A model generated the notes under the pieces. That model was not told where the DNA came from. It made no database searches and worked only from the letters and a program-made list of their open reading frames with translations. From Dehalococcoidia bacterium (lineage in GTDB: Bacteria > Chloroflexota > Dehalococcoidia > SHYD01), in assembly GCA_965226775.1 (NCBI GenBank), contig CBDDEI010000002.1:18479-82478 (forward strand): DNA of 64,000 nt, read 5' to 3'. The stretch's first letter is position 1. Each line of letters starts with the position of its first letter. A program made the position numbers and the translations under genes. Below, piece by piece: positions 22,295-32,297 of this stretch.

Positions 22295-23193
22295 ATGACT
22301 TTGCTAGATGTCTTGGGCGAGCTTCTGGAGCGAGCCGACGCGCCAGGCGAAGAGGCCGACCACTTTCTTGTTGACGACCTCGAGGAGTATCCCGAAGAGC
22401 ACCTGGCGGCGCTTTCAACCTTCGGGCTATTGGTTCCCGGCACTCCGGCACGCACCGTTCTCTGTCCGGCCTGTTCCGACGAGCATTGGGAAGAACCGGA
22501 GCGCATGCCGGGAGCACACGCTCCTTGGTTCATCCGCTGCGGCATGTTTGGCCCACAAGCAATTGAACCAGCGCAACGTGAACGCCGACGCTTCGACTTC
22601 ACTGCTCTAGCCAATCATCTAGCGGCGTTGCTGGAAAACGGGCACACCAGTGACCCGCTCATTCCTGGACGCCTTTGGCGGCTGGGCGAGGTCATGTGGG
22701 GGGTGCATCGGGCCATGTGTATTTGATGCGTGGGATCGCATGGAAAGACGGCCTGCACCAGCTAGAGCCGTACAGCCTGCGAGGCATACTCCTGTCCCCG
22801 CAACGACTCGCACCAAAGTCCACGGGCCCGGACTTGCATATTATTGCTGTGATGAATGTGCTGCACGTCACGTCGTCAGGACACCTTAGCCTCCGGAACG
22901 TCTCTTACGAAGCCGTCGAGGAGGCGCATGAGCTGTCTGGTGGTAGGCCTTCTATTCCTGGGGACGTCTGGAAGATGCTGAGCGAACAAGAACGGGTGAT
23001 CCTGGAGCAGTTCCCAGCTTCTTCAGCGTCGATTGCCAGAGTGTTAGCAGACCGCGGCTATAAATGGAACACTCGTACAGTGCATTCAGCCAGAACGCGC
23101 CTGCGCCAGAGTCTAATACGGCGAGGCCTCGGTGCGGCACTCCCCGACGGACGGCCCTATTCAACCGGCAGAACGCGGCCCTCTGCCCGGTGA
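22295..23193 (+). pseudogene. Frameshifted hypothetical gene with a CxxC motif and a C-terminal HTH-like segment
   Basis: Overlapping ORFs 22295-22726 and 22675-23193 shift at a G6 run near 22697-22702; CPAC motif; SSASIARVLADRGY..RTV helix-turn-helix-like end. Confidence 0.45.
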
Positions 23194-23200
23194 TGTGAAT

Positions 23201-23336
23201 ACCTTGACAAGGTTCTTTGGAGACCAAACAGACGGCTTAGGAGGTCATTAGGCACGGATTTTCCTGAAAAACACCGCTTGACAGGAGAATCTTGTCAAGG
23301 TGCAGGCTTGAAGCAACTAGAGCTTCAAGCTTTTTT
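23201..23336. promoter_or_regulatory. Operator/promoter region upstream of the primase gene
   Basis: Palindrome ACCTTG-A-CAAGGT (23201-23213), inverted repeat CTTGACAGGA/TCTTGTCAAG (23277-23299) and hairpin GCTTGAAGC..GCTTCAAGC plus T6 (23306-23336). Confidence 0.5.
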
Positions 23337-23353
23337 GATCGAAGGGATTCTCT

Positions 23354-26095
23354 ATGACTGGCTCCGAACCAACCCAAGAACCGTCGGCCCTTGAAGAACA
23401 GCTGTCCTCCGAGCATCTTGCGGCACTGCTGCAGGGCTCGGGCCTATCCCAGGACGTCATCCGGGCCCGGGGCTACCGGACGTCATCCACGCGAGCCGAG
23501 ATGAAGCGCCTGGGATTCTCTGATACCCAGGCAAGGGTGCCCGCTCTGCTCATCCCGGTCTACGGCGCCTCCGGCGATCTCGTGCTCTACCAAGCGCGGC
23601 CCGACACCCCCCACATCAAGGACGGCAAGCCTATCAAGTACGAGACGCCTCGGGGCAGCCGCATGGTGCTGGACGTACATCCCGCCGCCCGAGCCGCCCT
23701 GGCCAACCCGGAAACTCCCCTGTTCGTGACCGAAGGTATCAAATAGGGCGACTGCCTCGTCTCCCACGGTTGCTGCGCTGTGGCCCTCCTAGGGGTGTGA
23801 AACTGGCGGGGAACCAACGAACTCGGCGGTAAGACGGCGTTGCCGGACTGGGAAGCGGTCGCCCTCAACGGCCGACAGATCTATGTCATCTTTGACTCCG
23901 ATGTCATGCTTAAACACCAGGTGCATGCGGCCCTCGCCCGGTTTAAGCCATTCCTCGAATCGCGCGGCGCCCGTGTCTTGCTCATCTATCTCCCCGTTGA
24001 CCCCTCTGGCAAGAAGACCGGCGTCGATGACTACCTTGTTGCTGGCCATTCGATGGATGACCTGCAGGCCCTCGCCACGCCCACTCTACGCTCCCTCGCC
24101 CAAGAAGCAAATGAACACGACCAACCGTATCGTGCGACGGAGTCCGGGCTGTTATGGCACAAACCCACCCAAAACGGCGTCGTCGACGTACCGTTGACCA
24201 ACTTTACCGCCCGCATTATCGGTGATGTGGCCGAGGACGACGGCGCGGAGGTACGCCGCCGCTTCGACATCGCGGCAACCCTACGCGGACGTTCCCACCA
24301 CTTCTCCGTCCCGGCGAGCCAGTTCGCGAACATGGGGTGGTCTGTCGAGCAGCTGGGCGCCGGGGCCATCGTCTACCCCGGCTTCGGCCTCAAAGACCAC
24401 GCCCGCACCGCGGTTCAACTCCTGAGCGGCGCTATTCCGGAGCGCCGCGTCTACACCCACACCGGTTGGCGGAAGGTCGACGATGGCTGGGTCTTCCTCC
24501 ATGCCGGTGGGACTATTGGGTCGATTGGGACGGTTCTGGAGATAATAGTCAATCTACCCTCAGCACTCGCACGCTTTGCATTACCCAGCCCGCTCACTGG
24601 CGACGCACTGTGCGAGGCCGTCCGCGCCAGCCTTGCCCTCCTCGACGTTGCCCCGGACCAGGTGACGGTCCCGTGCTTGAGTGCCATCTACCGGGCGGTG
24701 CTCGGGAACATTGATTTCACTCTCCATCTGGCAGGACCCACAGGGGCGGGCAAGACGGAGCTCGCTGCTCTTGCCCAGCAGCACTTCGGTCCCACCATGG
24801 ATAGCCGCCACCTCCCTGCGTCGTGGCTCAGCACCGGCAATGCCCTGGAAGGACTCGCATTTCTGGCCAAGGATGTCCTCCTGGTGGTCGATGACTTCGC
24901 CCCCACCGGTACCTCGAATGATGTCCAACGCTATCACAAGGAGGCGGACCGCCTCTTCCGCGGCCAGGGCAACCAGGCAGGGCGGGGTAGGATGCGATCA
25001 GATGGGAGCCTGCGCCCGGCGAAGCCGCCGCGCGGCTTGATCCTCAGCACCGGGGAAGATATCCCGCGCGGCCTGTCTCTCCGTGCCCGCGACCTCTTTC
25101 TGGAACTCGGTCCAAATGATCTGGACTGGCAGCGGTTAAGCGAGTGTCAGCAGGATGCGGCCAGTGGGCGTTATGCACTCATCATGGCGGGCTATCTCCA
25201 GTGGTTGGCCGCTGACTACGAGACGATCCAGAGCGCGCTACCTGCGGAGACCGCCGCCTTACGAGAGCTGGCGACGCGCGACCGCTCGCATCGCCGGACC
25301 CCGGGCATCATCGCCGACCTCGCCGTTGGTCTGCAGTATTTCCTCCGCTTCTCAGTCGAATGTGGAGCTATTACTGACGCAGAGGAACAGGCACTCTGGG
25401 AACGCTGCTGGACCGCACTGCTGGTTGCGGGTGCGGCCCAGGCTACCCACCACCAGGACGCCGAACCTACCGGGCGTTTCCTCCAGCTGCTGCGTGCTTG
25501 CTTAGGGAGCGGACGGGTGCACCTCGCCTCCATCGATGGCGACATACCTGAGAATCCCCAGGCTTGGGGCTGGCGAGAGGCGAGCGTGGGCATAGGAAAC
25601 TCCGCGCAGGGAGAGTGGCATGCCCAAGGAAGACGGGTAGGCTGGGTAGAGGACGATGATCTTTACCTAGAGCCTGACGCCGCTTTCGCCGCCGTCCAGG
25701 AGATGGGCAACCAGGTCGGCGAGCCGCTGACCATCCTGTCCTAGACACTGAATAAGCGGCTGGCCGAACGCGGCCTCCTCCGCTCCCAGGACACGGAGCG
25801 CAATCGGCATACCGTCCGTCGCGTCTTAGAAGGGGGGCGGCGCACCGTTCTCCATCTGGCTGCCAACCTCTTCCTTGGAGAATCGGCCCAATCGTCCCTT
25901 TTGTCCCATTACAGTACGGACGGTGAAGAGGATGGGGCGATTCCAAGGGACGATTTTTCCACCGCGCCGCCGGAATCGACCCACAAAAACGGCCCACGGG
26001 AGCGGCCCGCGCTTCCTCAGGACACTGGGGCCGGGTCGATTGGGCCGATTGGGACGGTTCCTGAGCCTTCCGACGAGGTGGAACTCCGGATATGA
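23354..26095 (+). pseudogene. Primase (DUF3854/Toprim-like)-helicase of satellite/ICE type, interrupted by three nonsense codons
   Basis: One continuous frame with in-frame stops at 23744 (TAG), 23798 (TGA) and 25742 (TAG); FVTEGIK*GD, IFDSD, GVDD, Walker A GPTGAGKT, Walker B LLVVDD. Confidence 0.8.
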
Positions 26096-26189
26096 ACGCC
26101 CTAGGTATTGCGCAGGCCGTCCAGGAGCTGGGTGCCACCCTCGTGGTGGAGCATGGTCAGGTGGTTATCCGCAGCCACGGGCCGCTGCC

Positions 26190-26500
26190 CGAGCATCGCC
26201 GAGCTCAACCAGCGCATCGAAGCGGCGACTATGCAACAAGTTGACACCAACCAGGTCCGGATGGCCCTCTCCAACATCCACGCCATCTACGGCGAACTCC
26301 AGCCTTACGAGCGACGAGAGCTGGTGCACCTGGTCATTCACAGGGTGGAATTGAGTGCCAGCAAACTGGTCCTGGAGATCAACGGAGGCGTCTGCACTGT
26401 ATTGGGTGAGACGCCTCTTATGGCTCACAATGGGTCCTTGGTTCGCCAGACACAAGACTGGCTCCCCGAGCTGGATTCGAACCAACAACATGCCGGTTAA
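26190..26500 (+). pseudogene. C-terminal remnant of a large serine recombinase reading into the tRNA
   Basis: Coiled coil followed by ERRELVHLVIHRVEL..KLVLEI; ends WLPELDSNQQ (tRNA antisense), as seen in tRNA-targeting integrases; the catalytic part is absent. Confidence 0.6.
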
Positions 26501-26533
26501 CAGCCGGCCGCTCTACCATTGAGCTATCGGGGA
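26459..26533 (-). tRNA. tRNA-Asn (GTT)
   Basis: TCCCCGATAGCTCAATGGTAGAGCGGCCGGCT-GTT-AACCGG..GGTTCGAATCC..GGGGAGCCA cloverleaf with encoded CCA. Confidence 0.97.
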
Positions 26534-26673
26534 GCGCAAACAACCTACCTAGTATATCAGCCCCTGCCACTGCCTGGAAGAGTGCGCTCCTTATTCGTTG
26601 CTCTTCCTAGACACCCAGTGCTATAGTGAGCAAGACCCCTCGTGGTGAAGCGGTTGGTTTGAGAGGAGCGATT

Positions 26674-27297
26674 GTGGCGTTCGATTGGTTAACGCGTCGG
26701 AAAGAGCGCGACGAGAAAAAGGCGGCCTATAAAGACCGCATTCCTCCGGGACAGTCCATGACCGATAAGTGGCCTGTGCTCCACTACGGCGATATTCCTG
26801 ATTTTAGGCCGCAGTTCTGGGACTTCTCCATCACCGGCCTGGTAGCTAACCCCCTCAAGTTCAGCTATCAGGAATTCATGGCGCTGCCCGCAATGCTGGA
26901 TACCTCCGACATCCACTGCGTCACCGGCTGGAGCAAGTTTGATAACGGGTGGGAGGGCATCAGCGTCAAGGCCCTTCTCGACAAGGCTGGTCCCACCGCG
27001 GACGCACGCTACGTGGTTATTCAAGCCGAGGAAGGCTACACCACGAACCTCCCGCTGGACGACCTTCTGGACGACAACGTTCTCCTAGCCTACAAACACA
27101 ATGGTCAAGACCTCACGCCCGAGCACGGCTGGCCACTCCGTCTAGTAGTGCCTAAGCTCTACTTCTGGAAAAGCGCCAAATGGGTGCGCGGCTTTGAGCT
27201 ACTGGACCATGACGAGCGCGGTTTCTGGGAGAACTACGGCTACCATAATTACGGAAACCCTTGGAAAGAAGAGCGGTACTCTTGGCAGGAGGGCTAA
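26674..27297 (+). CDS. Sulfite oxidase-like molybdopterin oxidoreductase
   Basis: DIHCVTGWS (Mo-ligand Cys), HGWPLRLVVP.LYFWKSAKW, GFWE..GY; GTG start after GAGGAG. Confidence 0.9.
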   Translation: MAFDWLTRRKERDEKKAAYKDRIPPGQSMTDKWPVLHYGDIPDFRPQFWDFSITGLVANPLKFSYQEFMALPAMLDTSDIHCVTGWSKFDNGWEGISVKALLDKAGPTADARYVVIQAEEGYTTNLPLDDLLDDNVLLAYKHNGQDLTPEHGWPLRLVVPKLYFWKSAKWVRGFELLDHDERGFWENYGYHNYGNPWKEERYSWQEG

Positions 27298-27308
27298 CTG
27301 CACAGCCT

Positions 27309-28010
27309 ATGAGCAGCATCCGCGTACTCACCAGCCTCCAGGCAGTGGATAGCGATATTCGTTCCCATCGCACCGTTCAGGAAGAACTGCAGCGTCAACT
27401 TGATGATATTGAGCAGCTAGAGGCGCTCAAAGAGCAGGTCGCCGGCGTGCAAAGCGTCATCGCCGATCTGGAGAAAGAGCAGCGTGAGGCGGATGGTGAA
27501 GCTGAGGGTACTCGCGAGCAACTCCATGGTGTTGAAGCCAAGCTGTACAGCGGCTCGGTTCGCATTCCCAAGGAGTTGGTCGCGCTGCAGCAGGACGCGG
27601 CCATGATCAAGACCCGGCTAGAAGGCCAGGATGAGCGGGTGCTTGGACTCATGACGCGGCTGGAAGAGCAGCGCGGCATGTTAGAGGGACTCAAACAAGA
27701 GCTCGCCCAAGTAGAGGCGGAGCGCAGTGAGTTGGAGCGTAAGCTAGGAGCAGAGCTCTCGCAGCTGGCCAGTGAGCTAGACCAGCTAAATGTGCAACGA
27801 CTTTCCTTAACTACTCAAGTCTCTAGCTCCGACCTCGCCCTCTATGAAAGCCTGCTCAATGCCAAGCAAGGAAGGGCCGTTGCCCGCATAGAGCGCGCCA
27901 CCTGCCAGGGCTGCCGAATCAATCTTCCCACCACCGTCCAACATCGGGTGCGCTCAGCACAGATACTTACCCAGTGTCCTAGCTGCAGCCGCGTCCTTTA
28001 TATGGACTAA
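27309..28010 (+). CDS. Coiled-coil protein with a C4 zinc ribbon (DUF164/CT398 family)
   Basis: Long coiled coil ending CQGCRI..CPSCSRVLY. Confidence 0.9.
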   Translation: MSSIRVLTSLQAVDSDIRSHRTVQEELQRQLDDIEQLEALKEQVAGVQSVIADLEKEQREADGEAEGTREQLHGVEAKLYSGSVRIPKELVALQQDAAMIKTRLEGQDERVLGLMTRLEEQRGMLEGLKQELAQVEAERSELERKLGAELSQLASELDQLNVQRLSLTTQVSSSDLALYESLLNAKQGRAVARIERATCQGCRINLPTTVQHRVRSAQILTQCPSCSRVLYMD

Positions 28011-28069
28011 GCAACGCTTTTCACTGAAACACGTTCTACGCAAGTAACAACGTAGGTATTGTATTTATT

Positions 28070-29473
28070 ATGGAAGCAGTAGGTTATTTCCGCACCCGGC
28101 CCCAGGCAGCGCTGGACGAAACCGTCCCCACGCTGGACGAGGACGAACGCGCCTTTTCTAGCTTCTGCCAGGAGCACGGCTACTACCCCGTAGCCACCTT
28201 TGTAGATAAAGCCCCCAAGGAGCAGCGCGGCTATAAGCAGCTGTCCGAGTTCTTGCAGCAGGACGGCCACGGCTTCATGGTCGTGGTGGTGCACCGCCCA
28301 GAAGACCTAGCGGATAACGGCAAGGAGATCGCCAGGCGGCTTCTGGAGATTGAATACCGCGGCGCGCAGGTAATCGCCACGGAGCACCCAGATAAAGACA
28401 TCCTAGCGCTTGCCATCACATTGTGGCGGCAACGCCGGGGAGGCGCCTCTCAAGCGGCTCGCACTATGGACGATACCCTTAGGAGCAAGGCGTTACGCGG
28501 CTACGGGCTGGGCAAGACCCCCTTTGGTTACACTATTGGCGCTGATGGTCGCTTAGAGATCGTTCCTGAAGAAGCCCGCGTGGTGCAGGAGATCTACCGG
28601 CTCTATCTAGAGGAGGGCATGGGGCTACGCCGCATTGCCCGCGATTTAAACGACGCTGCTACCAGCACCCGTCGCGGCAGCCGCTGGAGCGTGGTTACCG
28701 TGCGGGACATCCTGCGCAACCGCACCTACACCGGCACGTACATACGCTTCGGCATACGTGTGCCATCCAGCCATCCGGCCATCATCGCGCCGGACGTCTT
28801 CCGACAAGCGCTGCGGAAACGGGAGCAGCCCGCTCCACCCCGAGCGGATGGGCGAGAGTCTGCTTTTGCCCTCTCCGGCATGGCCTACTGCGGCGCGTGC
28901 AATGGCCGCATGATCGGCGTCAGCAGGCGCCAAAGCTGGGCGCGTAAGCGGGACGGTGGCCGCACCGTCGCCGAATATCGTTACTACCGCTGCGGCTCTC
29001 GGGTGAACCAGAGCGTCTGCGAATATCACACCTGGCGCGCTGATGCCCTCGAAACGGAAGTCCTCAAAACCCTGGCCCAGAACTTAGAGGCCACCAGTAC
29101 CCCCGCGGAAGACGTCTCCCCTAGCGACCTCTTAGCCACGCTGCGCGGCCGCCTCCGTAGCCTTGACCTGCGCTTCCAGCGGCAACTCAACGCCGCAGGT
29201 AGGGGTGTGCTCTCCCCTGCCGACCTGCGCGAATCGGCTGTCGCGCTGGTGGAAGAGATTCAGTACTTGGAGCAACGCATCGAGGCCTTCCAACGCTTCC
29301 CTGACCCCACAAGCCAGCGGGAGCTTTGGCAACTGCAGCAGCGCCAGAGCCTGCGCACCCTGCAGAGCCGCTGGCCGGATCGGACGGCTCAGGAGCGCCG
29401 CCGCTACCTGAACGAGCTGGTGCGCCAGGTCGTTGTCTACGACGACCACGTAGACGTCTCCCTCCAAGCCTAG
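28070..29473 (+). CDS. Large serine recombinase-family protein with a degenerate catalytic domain
   Basis: Recombinase domain (PFGY, EEARVV, TVRDILRNRTYTG, HPAII), Zn ribbon CGAC..YYRC..C and coiled coil; YFRTR in place of YxRVS. Confidence 0.85.
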   Translation: MEAVGYFRTRPQAALDETVPTLDEDERAFSSFCQEHGYYPVATFVDKAPKEQRGYKQLSEFLQQDGHGFMVVVVHRPEDLADNGKEIARRLLEIEYRGAQVIATEHPDKDILALAITLWRQRRGGASQAARTMDDTLRSKALRGYGLGKTPFGYTIGADGRLEIVPEEARVVQEIYRLYLEEGMGLRRIARDLNDAATSTRRGSRWSVVTVRDILRNRTYTGTYIRFGIRVPSSHPAIIAPDVFRQALRKREQPAPPRADGRESAFALSGMAYCGACNGRMIGVSRRQSWARKRDGGRTVAEYRYYRCGSRVNQSVCEYHTWRADALETEVLKTLAQNLEATSTPAEDVSPSDLLATLRGRLRSLDLRFQRQLNAAGRGVLSPADLRESAVALVEEIQYLEQRIEAFQRFPDPTSQRELWQLQQRQSLRTLQSRWPDRTAQERRRYLNELVRQVVVYDDHVDVSLQA

Positions 29474-29548
29474 TCCAGCGCGTTTCCTTCTCTCTTAGCT
29501 CTTCCTGACGGACATCCCCCGCGTTTTCGCGTTCGGTTAGTCGCAGCT

Positions 29549-29577
29549 TTGACGGCTCCTACCACCCAGGGTAGACT
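29549..29577 (+). promoter_or_regulatory. Sigma70-like promoter of rnpB
   Basis: TTGACG-17 nt-TAGACT just upstream of the RNA 5' end. Confidence 0.6.
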
Positions 29578-29585
29578 ACAGAGAG

Positions 29586-29935
29586 GGCAAGGAGACCGGG
29601 TGACCGCTTGCCACTGGCGAGAGGAAAGTCCGGACTCCACTAGGCAGGATGCTGGGTAACACCCAGGAGGGGAAACCCTACGGAAAGTGCCACAGAAACA
29701 TACCGGTTGCTTAGGCGACTAAGGGTGAAATGGTGCGGTAAGAGCGCACCGCTCCAAGGGTGACCGCGGAGGCAGGGTAAACCCCATCCGGAGCAAGGTC
29801 GAATAGAGGGATATTACGGCGCCTGGCCGGTCCCCGGGTAGACCGCTTGAGCCCGCAGGTAACGGCGGGCCTAGAGAGATGGTCATCGATCCGCCTCTGG
29901 CGGATTACAGAATCCGGCTTATAGGTCTCCTTGCC
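29586..29935 (+). ncRNA. rnpB: RNase P RNA (type A)
   Basis: GAGGAAAGTCCGGAC, AGTGCCACAGAAA, GGTAAACCCC and ACAGAATCCGGCTTA motifs; P1 helix GGCAAGGAGACC/GGTCTCCTTGCC. Confidence 0.97.
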
Positions 29936-30139
29936 TAAACCTCCTCTATCTGGGAGTTATGTACAGTAAATGACTCCCACTGCGCTTTCTTCCTCCAGAC
30001 ACCGCGGAATGCTCCTGATTGCCCTGTTCCCTACTCTTCGCCTGCTCCTCCGCAACGTTTGGCAATGCCTCCTCAGTGGGATCAGCGTAGCGGCGCAATC
30101 TTGCTACCCAGCTCGCGCAGAATAGCGACCGAGCAACAT

Positions 30140-30174
30140 AAAGGGGGCGCTCACCAAAAGTGAGCGCCCCCTTT
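30140..30174. terminator. Bidirectional intrinsic terminator
   Basis: AAAGGGGGCGCTCAC-CAAAA-GTGAGCGCCCCCTTT between convergent transcripts. Confidence 0.8.
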
Positions 30175-30194
30175 CCTATCTCTGTAGTGAATCT

Positions 30195-31976
30195 TTAGGG
30201 ACACGTTCCGGCGGGGTCGATCCAGGCTTCGATAAGCCCTTCACGCTGATAGGTGTAGTGCTTGGGCTTCAGATTCCTGATTTTGCAAGAGTCCACTGGG
30301 GTGTAGAAGAGGCTTTGTACAGGGACAAAGGCCATAATTTCCCACAGACGCTCCTGCTGCTGCTCGATGAGTTCAGCGCGCTTTACAGGGTCCAGCTCTT
30401 TCTGCTGGGCATCTGCAAGGCTATCCACCTTTGCATCTTTTACCCGTGTAATGTTAGCCACGCTTTCCGAGTGGACAATGCCGCGCGCCCAGTAGGACGG
30501 GAAGAAGGTGGGGGCAAGCACGGCCCACGCAATCTCATAGTCGCCCTTGGCCACGATGCGAGAGGAGCCGCCGCCGCTGCCCACGCCCATATCTCGGATG
30601 TTAATCTCGGCGTCAATGCCCACAGTCTTAAAGTTCTCCAGCACTACGGCAGCGTCCTGTGCGTAGCTGCCCGTCGTGTGAATCTGGAACTTAAGGTCAC
30701 CGGGCTGGTAGCCCGCCTCGGCCAGAAGCGCCTTTGCCTTCTCCGGGTCATGAGGGAACTTTTCCTTGAGTTTAGCGTCCTGCCAGGAGTACGAAACCGC
30801 CTGGGGAATAAAGCCCGATAAGGTAGCCCCGCCCTGGCGACTGCCCAGGGTAATGTCCTCGCGCTTGATGGCAAAGGAGATGGCCTGGCGCACTCTCACA
30901 TCGTTGCCGGGCTTCTTCTCTCCGTGCACCCAGACGGCGTGAACGCTGCCCTGACGGGGGAGATACACCCGAAACTGATCGGAGAATTTCTCACGGAATT
31001 CATCAACTTCAAGCCTGTTGGCTGCAGAGCCGTAGTCGAGCTGTCCCGAGCGTACGGCAGCGCTGGTGGCCGCCCTGTCCGCTAGAGCGATGCTCCTCAC
31101 CTCATCAATGTAAGGGAGGGCCAGGCCGTCCGCGCCCATGCGATAGTAGGCGGGGTTGCGCACTAATTTGGCGGACTGACCGGACCGGAACTCTTGCAAC
31201 ATGAAGGAGCCGGTACCAATGGCCCTCGATTTGAAGTCGCCATCCTGCTCAAAGACCTCATGTGCAAGCATGATGTTGGTATGGAACGCAAGCTGCTGAA
31301 GGAAGTCGGCATTCGGCTTATCCAGCTTCAGCTTAATGGTGTAGTGATCGGGCTCAGTGTGGCTGACGTCTGCCCAGAAGCTCCGGAGGACGCCCTGCTC
31401 AACCTGAAAATCGATGGTCCAGGCCACGTCTGACGAGACAAATTGGCGTCCGTTCACCGGCGACTTGTCATGCCACTTCACGTCGTCACGCAGATTCAGG
31501 GTCCAGCTCAGACCGTCCGCTGAGATTTCCCAGGACTTGGCCAAGGCAGGCTCGACCATATTGTCTTCCGCGTAGCAGATGCGGGGCCTGAGCAACATGT
31601 CGTAGACCTGGGGAATGGCTGAAAGCCCGACTGCCGAGCCCTTGGTGAAGTCGATGGTAGGAGAGCTACCAGACTGCGTCCAGGTGCCGCCTCTAATAGG
31701 CGCGCCTTCTGAGCGCCAGATCTCTTTGCCCGGCTCGCACGAGGCTGCTTCCTGCTCCTTGGGTAGCATGACCATCGTCTCGGTGTTATACTCGGCCATC
31801 TTGTCCATGGCTGGCATGCTCGCCTCTGGTGTGGCGGTTGGGCTGGTGCTGGAGCTGTCTGTGCCGCTGCTCGACGGCGCTGGCTGCGTGCTGCTTGCTG
31901 GCTCTGCAGATGGGCCGCATGCGACCAATCCCAGGCTGAGCAGCACGGCAAGAGATAGTATCCAATAGCTCTTCAT
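30195..31976 (-). CDS. ABC transporter substrate-binding lipoprotein (family 5, OppA/DppA-like)
   Basis: Lipobox LVAC; PALAKSWEISADGLSWTLNLRDDVKWHD; IGTGSF; DVRVRQAIS. Confidence 0.92.
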   Translation of the reverse strand: MKSYWILSLAVLLSLGLVACGPSAEPASSTQPAPSSSGTDSSSTSPTATPEASMPAMDKMAEYNTETMVMLPKEQEAASCEPGKEIWRSEGAPIRGGTWTQSGSSPTIDFTKGSAVGLSAIPQVYDMLLRPRICYAEDNMVEPALAKSWEISADGLSWTLNLRDDVKWHDKSPVNGRQFVSSDVAWTIDFQVEQGVLRSFWADVSHTEPDHYTIKLKLDKPNADFLQQLAFHTNIMLAHEVFEQDGDFKSRAIGTGSFMLQEFRSGQSAKLVRNPAYYRMGADGLALPYIDEVRSIALADRAATSAAVRSGQLDYGSAANRLEVDEFREKFSDQFRVYLPRQGSVHAVWVHGEKKPGNDVRVRQAISFAIKREDITLGSRQGGATLSGFIPQAVSYSWQDAKLKEKFPHDPEKAKALLAEAGYQPGDLKFQIHTTGSYAQDAAVVLENFKTVGIDAEINIRDMGVGSGGGSSRIVAKGDYEIAWAVLAPTFFPSYWARGIVHSESVANITRVKDAKVDSLADAQQKELDPVKRAELIEQQQERLWEIMAFVPVQSLFYTPVDSCKIRNLKPKHYTYQREGLIEAWIDPAGTCP

Positions 31977-32297
31977 ATAAAACCTCCTGAGCTAGATCTT
32001 GCCGACTTGTCCCAACGTGTGTGTGGAAGAAAATCTGTGTCCTGCGACTGCCGCCGCACGACCTGCCCAAAGTGGGGAATAGTGAGGGCACTTAAGGCTA
32101 AAAGGAGTGGGAGCTACTCAATGCCCGTTTCACGCCTTGCGCTGGTGCGCGCGTTGCTATCCCTCTTCCCTCTTTCTGCTACATACACATCTACAAGCTA
32201 AGGATGCGGCAATAATAGCACAGGGATTGCCAAGTGCAAAGGCAGTCAACTCAGCGGTGTGCCCTAATCGGGCAATTCAACCGTGCTTGCGGAGAGC

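Larger units (their letters stand above)
19700..26458. mobile_element. Decayed integrative/satellite-like element at the 3' end of tRNA-Asn (left boundary uncertain)
   Basis: Recombinase remnant abutting the tRNA 3' end, primase-helicase, several pseudogenes and lower-GC cargo. Confidence 0.7.

Noticed and set aside
23354-26095. Stop-codon recoding in the primase-helicase
   Set aside because: Both TAG and TGA occur, each one substitution from a plausible sense codon; neighbouring genes are also broken; host genes use TAG and TGA as normal stops.
29969-30124. 51-aa ORF after rnpB
   Set aside because: Poorly spaced RBS and no recognisable motif; cannot be supported.
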